This document shows positions 1 to 13,353 of a stretch of 64,000 bases of DNA, in pieces (the stretch's first letter is position 1; the number at the start of each line of letters is the position of its first letter). Both the position numbers and the translations under genes were made by a program. The notes under the pieces were generated by a model. The model was not told the DNA's origin and did no database searches. It saw nothing but the letters and a program-made list of their open reading frames with translations. This DNA is from Paraphysomonas bandaiensis (lineage: Eukaryota; Protista; Chrysophyceae), in assembly GCA_965644295.1 (NCBI GenBank), contig CBFFRP010000418.1:62001-126000 (forward strand), in the 5' to 3' direction.

Positions 1-2255
1 GTGGCCATTGATGTGTACATCAAGGGTCTACAGAGGGGTGATGCTCTGTGTCGTTCCCGCTTACTGAATCTATTTTCTCTAGTGGGGAGATATGTGTGCA
101 GTTGTTCCAACACTGAGTCTTCAGAAAGGCTGGTGAATATCACCCGACAGGTTACAGCAGTTCCCTCTTGGGTGTTTCTCAAGAACAGTGCACAGATTAT
201 GGCTTTAATCGACCGGCCTGAAGGTGAACTCGCTTTAGCAGTTCTCGAACATATGGCAAGACTTTATCCCCGTGCCCTGTATTATCCTTTTAAAGTGACG
301 TACCCTAACCTGAGCTTGGAGGGACAGACCAAAGCTAAAGTTTTGAGTGGTCTAGTAGCCGACGAGTTAGTTGACAAATTTGTAGAGGCCCTTGGTGGAC
401 TTACTCACCCTGAGTTGAGATGGAGTGATGGGGTCAAGCGGGTGGCTGAGCTCTTCAGACTAAAAAAAGGCAAAGAGGCAGAGGAGTATCATCAAGAATT
501 AGTTGCAGCCACAACTTCTACTGAATGGGAGCTGGTGGGAACGAAAATAGGAGCATATAATATGAGGTTAAAACCATACGATGCTACCTTGTGTGTAAAT
601 TGAGTGACTGTTTTTTATTGCGTCTCAGGTTTGCGCGGTACATGGCGAAGAAACGTGTCGTAGCAGGTACTCGAGGCAGCGGGTCTCAGCGGACTAGTCA
701 GAGCAGGGGACGAGGAAGCTCTAGTAGCTGTAACGTCGGGCTCTCGTCTGGTCTCGTGGATGAGTTGCTCGAAGAGTCTAGGGATCTTTCGAGCGGAGGT
801 CGAGGGTGGTCTATGAGATTTTCATCCGGAAAGGTTCCAGTAACGGAGTTTTCTGAGTGGTTGGCTGATCTGGGTCCTTTATTGCTTTCTATGTCATCAT
901 CCTCCCTTTCTCATCAGATAGAAGTGCCAGGACAATATAGCAACTGTGAGAGAGAACCTATGGTCAACCAACATGCCACAATCCTTTCCGTTGGTCCAGA
1001 GCTACTTGTTATGTCATCCATTCGCAAACCTAAGCGTTTATCTATTTTGAGCAGCACTGGCGAGGAAGTAAAGTTCCTCGTGAAAGGCGGGGAAGATCTA
1101 AGAAATGATGAGAGAATTGAGCAGCTTTTTATGCTCATGAATACTATCGTGACTAGTCATAGGTCGTCAGAGGGAGGACCCTCTGGAGGAAAAAGAGATA
1201 GACTTAGAGCGCGAACGTTTTCTGTTATTCCTATGACTCCAAAAGTAGGAGTATTGGAGTGGGTTCCGAATACTGTCCCCCTCAAAAGCATTGTGTCCGA
1301 GGAAATGGCGCTAGACTCTGACTTTCTCAAGTTAAATCCAGGTTGTTTGAAAACAGGTGCCAAGTCGGTGGACTTATCAAGTATTGTTGCCTCGAAAAAG
1401 AGATTGGACTGGTTAAAGGGTAGTTATCAAGCCAATGACTACCACACTATGTTTGTGAAAGCTAAGGCAGAACATGCTCGTACGCTGTGGAAAAAAATAG
1501 CCCGGACGACACCCCAGGACTATCTTCGACGTAGATTCATCCGCATGTCTCCTTCTCCCGAAGTGTTTCTTACCCTCCGATCAGAGTGTGCGATCTCTCT
1601 TGCTGTCAGCAGTATATTCGGGTACATCCTTGGTATTGGAGACAGGCATCTAGATAACTTACTAATTGACATACGAGCTGGTAGTGTGGTGCAAATAGAC
1701 TTTGGGATATGTTTTGGTATGGGTGCGAGCGTGTTGCCTGTACCAGAATTAATTCCATTTCGACTCACCGGTCAACTTCGGTCACTCTTCACTCCTTTAG
1801 ATGGCACGAATCTTTTGCGACACTATATGGTGGAGACTCTGAGTGGAATTAGAGGGGAGGATGGGAGGAGTGCGCTTTGTAATGCCCTGGAAGTATATGT
1901 GAACGATCCCGTTGTTGACTGGCTGAAAGGGTCAGTCACTAAAGCTGAAATGGAAACTGTACGCGATGATGTTAAGTGGGAGCCAAGAAGGAGGATAGCC
2001 AACGCGATGAGGAAGCTGGAGGGAGTTCATCCAGTAGATCTTTTGATTGAAGACCTCCAATTAAACAACTCTGTGCGGAGATTTGGAAGTCTGGACGCAC
2101 TTGCGCGGATGTTACAAGATGCCGCCACTGGTGGTGTGCGATACAAGAAGGGGATAAAGGTAGATACCAATTCTCAAGTGGATGCTCTCGTGTCTTTGTC
2201 TACCGATCCCAATTTACTTGTTCGGCATTGGTCTGGACTTATGACGTGGATATAA
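1..2255 (+). CDS. PRKDC: DNA-dependent protein kinase catalytic subunit, C-terminal part (end of FAT, PIKK kinase domain, FATC); 5'-truncated by the window edge; intron 567-628
   Basis: FLVKGGEDLRNDERIEQLF, GYILGIGDRHLDN, IDFG..FG.G..VLPVPELIPFRLT and a terminal DPNLLVRHWSGLMTWI match DNA-PKcs rather than ATM/ATR/TOR. A 62-nt GT..AG intron joins ORFs 1-603 and 591-2255 in frame. Confidence 0.9.
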
Positions 2256-3253
2256 AGTGAGAAGTTTTACATGAGTAATGGTCGGATGTTGTAATTAAGT
2301 TGTAAGCAACAATTCTAGTCTGACGTGTCTCATATTGCAGATTCAGGAAGCACTCATTAATTATTATAAATGATATTTACTCTTACATGTACGTAATAGC
2401 AGAGCAACTCCTACGGTGTACTTGTCTAAGTAATGCCCCCTAAGTAATTCTGTTGAGTTGGAAGGTCAGTGATTTATATTCAGTTTTTCCTATTTGTATG
2501 AAACTATTAGGAGAAAGTTGACTGCGATTCTCCCTACCAGCTCAAGAATATAGAAGTGGTTAACTGTATTGTGAGAACTAAAATGTTATGGTAGCAAAAT
2601 ATTGACCGTACAAGATAGTGATATATTGTATGGAAATGACTGGTAGTTGAGACAACATTAATTTGGCGATAGACAGTGAATGACAAGTTGAGCATAAGTT
2701 TATTATATTTTATCAAAGTTTGACATTACATGAGAAGTATTAACTTAACAACAGAAGGTAAACTTATACTCAATGCTGAGAATTGTAAATTATAATCAAT
2801 ATCTCTTATCACTCATCAATTTCATGGTGTCTCTACTCTCTATTACCACTCATTTCTCGTGCGATTTTACTTTGTCACTACAACTTGCATCGTCACAATA
2901 TTCCGCTTTACCACTATATACTAATCGTCATTCATTCTCGCAGTACGACTAACAAGACTACAACTGTATACTAGTGTAATTTAAACATCTTATTATAACT
3001 ACAGCTTTCAATTGCTCTCTTATAGCAGAACTCAACATATTATACTATATATTTGTAACTCATAATCTCAGCATAGAGTGAAAATCTTGTTCAGTTATGT
3101 TATTTTCTAACAAGCTATATGTCTCGTATTACTAGATATATATTAGCTAAGTTACACTCGCCAGGTAAATATATTCCAACAAAATACTACATACATATAC
3201 ATCCTCACATGCCGCATTGAAAGATCAATTTATCATGGTATTTCTCAAAAATG

Positions 3254-5147
3254 CTATTCACTATTTGGTAAAATATGTAAAAATGTATTTCTCTCTACTT
3301 CTCCGTCTCCAGTAGATACATTCGTATATGTCACATCATTATCATCTCGGTTTCCACTGTTTACACCGATATTCCCCACACCACTATCGCATCCACCTCC
3401 AGCCTCGACATCCACTTGCTCAATGCGGTCACTCGTGTCTCCAGTATTCACCGCCACATCACTGATGCTGACAGATTGATATGTATGTGCAGTAGACTCG
3501 GGGGGCGGAACAGAAGGAGAGGGGAGCATTATTGAGTTGATGTGGCGTCGAGGTGTCTGTTCCTCTTCATCGTCGTCGTCGCAACTACCATTTTCTACGT
3601 CTATTTGCTGACTACTTATTTGCGTTAGTAGAGATTGTTTATGTGTGTAACATAATTGGCAATAATCAAAATCACACCCTGCACTACATCTCCACCGTCC
3701 TGTGGAGGCACCCGTCCCCGATCTACACCCACCAGGCTCCCGTGAGGCATCACACATCCATGGTGTGCGGGCAGAAGACGGCGTTAACGGGTGGCCACGC
3801 GAGCACAGAACGAGGGACCCATTCGCCCCAGCTGGAGACGGAGAAGACCCCTCAATCGTTGACAGGGCCCTCACCAGCTGGGGAAAAGGGTACATTCCCA
3901 TCTTCATACTGTACAACCGCAGCAATGTCAGCCAACAAAAGAACAATAACCAGAAATTAAATATACATGACATGCACCATACTATACGAAACTAAGGGAA
4001 CCGTACCGGTGAAAAATATAGCACGGGGACACTATGAGTACGAAGACCAGAACCAAAGTGCCGAGTCCGAGGCAGATAGGAAAGACGAGCAAAAGGAAAA
4101 TCCAGAAAAAGCCCCAAACAGTAATACAGTAACCAGCGTGTTCTCTGATCCTGGTTCGCCTCCTCGTTTCAGGGTCAGCTAATGAGCAGGCAACACAGGG
4201 TAAACAAAGAAGAAAAGACACTATAGACGACACGATGGATAGCGGGCCCACTGTGAGAAGCTGTAGAATTGCCAAAAGACGAGCGCAGATATATACACTA
4301 GTAGATGGCTCGACAGCGTCAACCATCTGCGGATAACACCAACAAACATTTATGTTAACAGAATCCACGAAATCGAACTGACCTGCATGTTAGCACAACC
4401 AAAGATGTTCCACCACTGGTAGTGCGTGGGAAAAACGGCGTCATCGACTCTCTTGCCACAGAGCCAGCAGAAAGATACCTCACATGACGGACATTTCATG
4501 TGATTACACCCTTCGCTTTTACATACAGCTATTCCACACCCTGGACAAGGCTTGCTTATAATGCTGATCAATTCAGAGTTCACCCGTGTCTCGTCTTGGG
4601 TACTGGCCTCATAGTCTGAGCACGAGATATCAGGAGGGTGTGCAAGTGCGTGAGAGAAACAGTACACCCCCCCACATCCATCGCATACCATACTAGGTGA
4701 CTGAGAAGACCCTATCTGTAAGTGCTGACAATGCGGACATTCCCTCGCTCCAGAATTGGATTTAAGAAAATGAAATCTGTCAAACTTCTCTCTCATCTCA
4801 TGTTTCTCACTAAGAATATCTCGTACAACATCAACAGGTATAACAGCATTACATATACATTCATTTTTATCAGAATTAATCACATAATCATCAATATGAA
4901 AGCATTTGATGTGTACTTTTCCTTCGATTATATTCGATTCTACATACGCTTCTAAACATAGACGACAATACGTGTGTTGACAGGGTAGCTTATAGCCGCC
5001 AGAGGAGACTTCAGAATAGCATATCAAACAAAAAAATGAATCTGCTATATGAGAATTACTGGATGGATAAGAATCTTTTTCTTCTGATTGTGTAGTAGAA
5101 GAGAAACGAGTGGCATGAGATGGAGGAGGAGGGGAGGGGGATAGCAT
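3254..5147 (-). CDS. RBR (RING-IBR-RING) E3 ubiquitin ligase with transmembrane segments and an extra C-terminal Cys/His finger; introns 4382-4327 and 4006-3909
   Basis: RING1 CLIC...CQHTYCRLC, IBR CPHC...CDGC...CFSH, RING2 KPCPGC...KSEGCNHMKC..C...FCWLC, followed by hydrophobic helices. Both introns are GT-AG and restore frame. Confidence 0.85.
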
Positions 5148-5940
5148 GGATGGAGGGGGTTAGGGGGGTTAAGAAGGGGTTAGGAGTGATGGGAGAGGGT
5201 GGGGTAGTATGAGAAGATAGAGTTTCGTGAGTTTGATTAGAGGGTTTGATGAGAGGGATTGAGATTATTGTGGGATGAGATGTGTGTGTATATGCCTGTG
5301 TGTGTATATGCCTGTGTGTGTATGAGGATCTACGTATAGGTGTATGTGTGTATGTATGTATGTAGAGGAGTGTGTACGTGTGTAGAGAGATGATGGTGTT
5401 CGGGTACCGTACGAGACCACTTCGTACTGCCCCATATCCATATCTACATACGTATACAGCACCTCACTACACAGCAGTGGAGGTATACAGAGATAGCCAG
5501 TAGTGGATCACACTGTGCTCTGACTGGAGGTGGACATAAAGGAGTGAATGTACGGCAAGTGTACAAGACGGACATCTGCCCGATACGGGATGACAAAAAA
5601 AAACAAACAACCCGTCCAATCATTCCTCTATATATACATACGTCCAGTCCACATGCATGTTAGATGCGTATAGTAACCAGTAGCATTACAACCAAACAAT
5701 GACAAGAACATTACAATGAAATACTCACTCCAAGTATATCCATCATGCATGAACGATTGCATAGAAGTCAGTCGTATTACTGTCTATAATCAACTGCAGT
5801 TAACCACCCTAATAGAGCCGTATACACACCTGTATAAGAAGCCCCTCCAATCTAGTCATATAAACAGACATACACACCCACTACACACATACACACACCT
5901 CATACAATCAAATAATCTCCTTAATCACTACAAATTTTAT

Positions 5941-8900
5941 CGTCATTGATGAAGTAATAGGAGCGCTTGTCTACCAGTCCTGTTAGTACCTCAGGTAGCT
6001 CACAGCACTATTTATTTATGTATAGTTGAGAAGCCTGTGAAATGTCACATGCACGCCAGAAATTAAGCCGGCACTACTCACATTTCCATGTGGGTACTCC
6101 GATCCGTCTTTCGGGGCGAGTGAGGGGAGGGGGGAGCCCCGGTGCGACTAGCCCTGGCAATATTACCCCTTAACTGGGACTGTATCTTGTCTGCCTTATG
6201 ACCTTGTATAGTGGTTTTATGGCCTTAGATACAATACATATATACCACACTTATATTCACGTTTACACAACTTCACGTCTCTTTTATTTCCATAATGATT
6301 TATGAACACACAGGTATTGGTACATGACGTCCGGGACTAAATGATATTCATCGTATTGCTATCGGTGATTGTTTGAATTTTCGTCATTGATGAAGTAATA
6401 GGAGCGCTTGTCTACCAGTCCTGTTAGTACCTCAGGTAGCTCACAGCACTATTTATATATGTATAGTTGAGAAGCCTGTGAAATGTCACATGCACGCCAG
6501 AAATTAAGCCGGCACTACTCACATTTCCATGTGGGTACTCCGATCCGTCTTTCGGGGCGAGTGAGGGGAGGGGGGAGCCCCGGTGCGACTAGCCCTGGCA
6601 ATATTACCCCTTAACTGGGACTGTATCTTGTCTGCCTTATGACCTTGTATAGTGGTTTTATGGCCTTAGATACAATACATATATACCACACTTATATTCA
6701 CGTTTACACAACTTCACGTCTCTTTTATTTCCATAATGATTTATGAACACACAGGTATTGGTACATGACGTCCGGGACTAAATGATATTCATCGTATTGC
6801 TATCGGTGATTGTTTGAATTTTCGTCATTGATGAAGTAATAGGAGCGCTTGTCTACCAGTCCTGTTAGTACCTCAGGTAGCTCACAGCACTATTTATTTA
6901 TGTATAGTTGAGAAGCCTGTGAAATGTCACATGCACGCCAGAAATTAAGCCGGCACTACTCACATTTCCATGTGGGTACTCCGATCCGTCTTTCGGGGCG
7001 AGTGAGGGGAGGGGGGAGCCCCGGTGCGACTAGCCCTGGCAATATTACCCCTTAACTGGGACTGTATCTTGTCTGCCTTATGACCTTGTATAGTGGTTTT
7101 ATGGCCTTAGATACAATACATATATACCACACTTATATTCACGTTTACACAACTTCACGTCTCTTTTATTTCCATAATGATTTATGAACACACAGGTATT
7201 GGTACATGACGTCCGGGACTAAATGATATTCATCGTATTGCTATCGGTGATTGTTTGAATTTTCGTCATTGATGAAGTAATAGGAGCGCTTGTCTACCAG
7301 TCCTGTTAGTACCTCAGGTAGCTCACAGCACTATTTATTTATGTATAGTTGAGAAGCCTGTGAAATGTCACATGCACGCCAGAAATTAAGCCGGCACTAC
7401 TCACATTTCCATGTGGGTACTCCGATCCGTCTTTCGGGGCGAGTGAGGGGAGGGGGGAGCCCCGGTGCGACTAGCCCTGGCAATATTACCCCTTAACTGG
7501 GACTGTATCTTGTCTGCCTTATGACCTTGTATAGTGGTTTTATGGCCTTAGATACAATACATATATACCACACTTATATTCACGTTTACACAACTTCACG
7601 TCTCTTTTATTTCCATAATGATTTATGAACACACAGGTATTGGTACATGACGTCCGGGACTAAATGATATTCATCGTATTGCTATCGGTGATTGTTTGAA
7701 TTTTCGTCATTGATGAAGTAATAGGAGCGCTTGTCTACCAGTCCTGTTAGTACCTCAGGTAGCTCACAGCACTATTTATTTATGTATAGTTGAGAAGCCT
7801 GTGAAATGTCACATGCACGCCAGAAATTAAGCCGGCACTACTCACATTTCCATGTGGGTACTCCGATCCGTCTTTCGGGGCGAGTGAGGGGAGGGGGGAG
7901 CCCCGGTGCGACTAGCCCTGGCAATATTACCCCTTAACTGGGACTGTATCTTGTCTGCCTTATGACCTTGTATAGTGGTTTTATGGCCTTAGATACAATA
8001 CATATATACCACACTTATATTCACGTTTACACAACTTCACGTCTCTTTTATTTCCATAATGATTTATGAACACACAGGTATTGGTACATGACGTCCGGGA
8101 CTAAATGATATTCATCGTATTGCTATCGGTGATTGTTTGAATTTTCGTCATTGATGAAGTAATAGGAGCGCTTGTCTACCAGTCCTGTTAGTACCTCAGG
8201 TAGCTCACAGCACTATTTATTTATGTATAGTTGAGAAGCCTGTGAAATGTCACATGCACGCCAGAAATTAAGCCGGCACTACTCACATTTCCATGTGGGT
8301 ACTCCGATCCGTCTTTCGGGGCGAGTGAGGGGAGGGGGGAGCCCCGGTGCGACTAGCCCTGGCAATATTACCCCTTAACTGGGACTGTATCTTGTCTGCC
8401 TTATGACCTTGTATAGTGGTTTTATGGCCTTAGATACAATACATATATACCACACTTATATTCACGTTTACACAACTTCACGTCTCTTTTATTTCCATAA
8501 TGATTTATGAACACACAGGTATTGGTACATGACGTCCGGGACTAAATGATATTCATCGTATTGCTATCGGTGATTGTTTGAATTTTCGTCATTGATGAAG
8601 TAATAGGAGCGCTTGTCTACCAGTCCTGTTAGTACCTCAGGTAGCTCACAGCACTATTTATTTATGTATAGTTGAGAAGCCTGTGAAATGTCACATGCAC
8701 GCCAGAAATTAAGCCGGCACTACTCACATTTCCATGTGGGTACTCCGATCCGTCTTTCGGGGCGAGTGAGGGGAGGGGGGAGCCCCGGTGCGACTAGCCC
8801 TGGCAATATTACCCCTTAACTGGGACTGTATCTTGTCTGCCTTATGACCTTGTATAGTGGTTTTATGGCCTTAGATACAATACATATATACCACACTTAT

Positions 8901-11900
8901 ATTCACGTTTACACAACTTCACGTCTCTTTTATTTCCATAATGATTTATGAACACACAGGTATTGGTACATGACGTCCGGGACTAAATGATATTCATCGT
9001 ATTGCTATCGGTGATTGTTTGAATTTTCGTCATTGATGAAGTAATAGGAGCGCTTGTCTACCAGTCCTGTTAGTACCTCAGGTAGCTCACAGCACTATTT
9101 ATTTATGTATAGTTGAGAAGCCTGTGAAATGTCACATGCACGCCAGAAATTAAGCCGGCACTACTCACATTTCCATGTGGGTACTCCGATCCGTCTTTCG
9201 GGGCGAGTGAGGGGAGGGGGGAGCCCCGGTGCGACTAGCCCTGGCAATATTACCCCTTAACTGGGACTGTATCTTGTCTGCCTTATGACCTTGTATAGTG
9301 GTTTTATGGCCTTAGATACAATACATATATACCACACTTATATTCACGTTTACACAACTTCACGTCTCTTTTATTTCCATAATGATTTATGAACACACAG
9401 GTATTGGTACATGACGTCCGGGACTAAATGATATTCATCGTATTGCTATCGGTGATTGTTTGAATTTTCGTCATTGATGAAGTAATAGGAGCGCTTGTCT
9501 ACCAGTCCTGTTAGTACCTCAGGTAGCTCACAGCACTATTTATTTATGTATAGTTGAGAAGCCTGTGAAATGTCACATGCACGCCAGAAATTAAGCCGGC
9601 ACTACTCACATTTCCATGTGGGTACTCCGATCCGTCTTTCGGGGCGAGTGAGGGGAGGGGGGAGCCCCGGTGCGACTAGCCCTGGCAATATTACCCCTTA
9701 ACTGGGACTGTATCTTGTCTGCCTTATGACCTTGTATAGTGGTTTTATGGCCTTAGATACAATACATATATACCACACTTATATTCACGTTTACACAACT
9801 TCACGTCTCTTTTATTTCCATAATGATTTATGAACACACAGGTATTGGTACATGACGTCCGGGACTAAATGATATTCATCGTATTGCTATCGGTGATTGT
9901 TTGAATTTTCGTCATTGATGAAGTAATAGGAGCGCTTGTCTACTAGTCCTGTTAGTACCTCAGGTAGCTCACAGCACTATTTATTTATGTATAGTTGAGA
10001 AGCCTGTGAAATGTCACATGCACGCCAGAAATTAAGCCGGCACTACTCACATTTCCATGTGGGTACTCCGATCCGTCTTTCGGGGCGAGTGAGGGGAGGG
10101 GGGAGCCCCGGTGCGACTAGCCCTGGCAATATTACCCCTTAACTGGGACTGTATCTTGTCTGCCTTATGACCTTGTATAGTGGTTTTATGGCCTTAGATA
10201 CAATACATATATACCACACTTATATTCACGTTTACACAACTTCACGTCTCTTTTATTTCCATAATGATTTATGAACACACAGGTATTGGTACATGACGTC
10301 CGGGACTAAATGATATTCATCGTATTGCTATCGGTGATTGTTTGAATTTTCGTCATTGATGAAGTAATAGGAGCGCTTGTCTACCAGTCCTGTTAGTACC
10401 TCAGGTAGCTCACAGCACTATTTATTTATGTATAGTTGAGAAGCCTGTGAAATGTCACATGCACGCCAGAAATTAAGCCGGCACTACTCACATTTCCATG
10501 TGGGTACTCCGATCCGTCTTTCGGGGCGAGTGAGGGGAGGGGGGAGCCCCGGTGCGACTAGCCCTGGCAATATTACCCCTTAACTGGGACTGTATCTTGT
10601 CTGCCTTATGACCTTGTATAGTGGTTTTATGGCCTTAGATACAATACATATATACCACACTTATATTCACGTTTACACAACTTCACGTCTCTTTTATTTC
10701 CATAATGATTTATGAACACACAGGTATTGGTACATGACGTCCGGGACTAAATGATATTCATCGTATTGCTATCGGTGATTGTTTGAATTTTCGTCATTGA
10801 TGAAGTAATAGGAGCGCTTGTCTACTAGTCCTGTTAGTACCTCAGGTAGCTCACAGCACTATTTATTTATGTATAGTTGAGAAGCCTGTGAAATGTCACA
10901 TGCACGCCAGAAATTAAGCCGGCACTACTCACATTTCCATGTGGGTACTCCGATCCGTCTTTCGGGGCGAGTGAGGGGAGGGGGGAGCCCCGGTGCGACT
11001 AGCCCTGGCAATATTACCCCTTAACTGGGACTGTATCTTGTCTGCCTTATGACCTTGTATAGTGGTTTTATGGCCTTAGATATAATACATATATACCACA
11101 CTTATATTCACGTTTACACAACTTCACGTCTCTTTTATTTCCATAATGATTTATGAACACACAGGTATTGGTACATGACGTCCGGGACTAAATGATATTC
11201 ATCGTATTGCTATCGGTGATTGTTTGAATTTTCGTCATTGATGAAGTAATAGGAGCGCTTGTCTACCAGTCCTGTTAGTACCTCAGGTAGCTCACAGCAC
11301 TATTTATTTATGTATAGTTGAGAAGCCTGTGAAATGTCACATGCACGCCAGAAATTAAGCCGGCACTACTCACATTTCCATGTGGGTACTCCGATCCGTC
11401 TTTCGGGGCGAGTGAGGGGAGGGGGGAGCCCCGGTGCGACTAGCCCTGGCAATATTACCCCTTAACTGGGACTGTATCTTGTCTGCCTTATGACCTTGTA
11501 TAGTGGTTTTATGGCCTTAGATACAATACATATATACCACACTTATATTCACGTTTACACAACTTCACGTCTCTTTTATTTCCATAATGATTTATGAACA
11601 CACAGGTATTGGTACATGACGTCCGGGACTAAATGATATTCATCGTATTGCTATCGGTGAAAGTTTGAATTTTCGTCATTGATGAAGTAATAGGAGCGCT
11701 TGTCTACTAGTCCTGTTAGTACCTCAGGTAGCTCACAGCACTATTTATTTATGTATAGTTGAGAAGCCTGTGAAATGTCACATGCACGCCAGAAATTAAG
11801 CCGGCACTACTCACATTTCCATGTGGGTACTCCGATCCGTCTTTCGGGGCGAGTGAGGGGAGGGGGGAGCCCCGGTGCGACTAGCCCTGGCAATATTACC

Positions 11901-12722
11901 CCTTAACTGGGACTGTATCTTGTCTGCCTTATGACCTTGTATAGTGGTTTTATGGCCTTAGATATAATACATATATACCACACTTATATTCACGTTTACA
12001 CAACTTCACGTCTCTTTTATTTCCATAATGATTTATGAACACACAGGTATTGGTACATGACGTCCGGGACTAAATGATATTCATCGTATTGCTATCGGTG
12101 ATTGTTTGAATTTTCGTCATTGATGAAGTAATAGGAGCGCTTGTCTACCAGTCCTGTTAGTACCTCAGGTAGCTCACAGCACTATTTATTTATGTATAGT
12201 TGAGAAGCCTGTGAAATGTCACATGCACGCCAGAAATTAAGCCGGCACTACTCACATTTCCATGTGGGTACTCCGATCCGTCTTTCGGGGCGAGTGAGGG
12301 GAGGGGGGAGCCCCGGTGCGACTAGCCCTGGCAATATTACCCCTTAACTGGGACTGTATCTTGTCTGCCTTATGACCTTGTATAGTGGTTTTATGGCCTT
12401 AGATATAATACATATATACCACACTTATATTCACGTTTACACAACTTCACGTCTCTTTTATTTCCATAATGATTTATGAACACACAGGTATTGGTACATG
12501 ACGTCCGGGACTAAATGATATTCATCGTATTGCTATCGGTGATTGTTTGAATTTTCGTCATTGATGAAGTAATAGGAGCGCTTGTCTACCAGTCCTGTTA
12601 GTACCTCAGGTAGCTCACAGCACTATTTATTTATGTATAGTTGAGAAGCCTGTGAAATGTCACATGCACGCCAGAAATTAATCCGGATATTCATCGTATT
12701 GCTGTCGGTGATTGTTTGAATT
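5941..12722. repeat. Tandem array of a 441-bp unit: 15 full copies (starts 5941, 6382 ... 12115) plus an internally deleted 16th copy (12556-12722)
   Basis: CGTCATTGATGAAG recurs every 441 nt. Only a handful of substitutions differ between copies, and the ORF track reports nothing inside the array. Confidence 0.97.
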
Positions 12723-12885
12723 ATATCTTATGTAGTCACACATCAGTGACTTAGTTTACTTCCTTTGTAAGTTTGTTCACCTATTACACCTAGGAATGGA
12801 TTTCTCGTATTGCACACGTTTTCTGCTGACTTCAATTGCACACTACATACGGTGTCATTTAACCAACTTAGTTATCCATTTGTTC

Positions 12886-13011
12886 CTACTGAACTAAAAA
12901 GTGTCATTTGTTCCCACTAAATTTTGTAGATGCTCCTACTAAACTAAAAGTGGCAGCTAAACTAAACTGAAAATGATTAGTTGGGACGAATGACACTTCT
13001 TAATTTAGTAG
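12886..13011. repeat. Imperfect ~36-bp inverted repeat (degenerate MITE/foldback-like)
   Basis: CCTACTGAACTAAAAAGTGTCATTTGTTCCCACTAA matches the reverse complement of the right arm, CCTACTAAATTAAGAAGTGTCATTCGTCCCAACTAA. A third partial copy (CCTACTAAACTAAAAGTG) lies between them. Confidence 0.6.
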
Positions 13012-13353
13012 GTACTTCGGTTAATAATTGCGATTATTTTTGTTGGACATCTGTCACCAAATAATTGCCAATTAGTTGTTATAATCATACTGCAGAACTC
13101 AAAAATGGAGTTTAGAAGAAAAGGAATTAGTATCACTAAACCTTGGATATATGAGGGTTACTGTATGAAGTCGCCTCTTACACTTGCATATCACAAACTG
13201 AAGCAATATCAACCAGATTAAACAGGAATTTCCCCGTCAATTTCTGAATTACTTTTACTCCTTACTACCTTGAAAAGTGCTCAGCTATAGCATGCACATT
13301 CTCAAACACACATTATGATATTCCCTACAACAGTCAGTAAGTTTACAAGCACC

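Noticed and set aside
3982-4006. Apparent 25-nt micro-intron in the RBR gene
   Set aside because: It leads to a premature stop; the 98-nt intron 4006-3909 with a CTGAC branch-like site restores the frame.
5941-12722. 5S rRNA, spliceosomal snRNA, U3, SL RNA, hammerhead or Helitron identity for the 441-bp unit
   Set aside because: Only short scattered resemblances (GTTAGTAC, TTGATGA, GAGTGAG, hairpin followed by CTAG). Diagnostic motifs such as ATACTTACCTG, GTGTAGTA, GCCTTTTAC, ACAGAGA and CTGANGA..GAAA are absent or out of order, and the CTAG is not at an array boundary.
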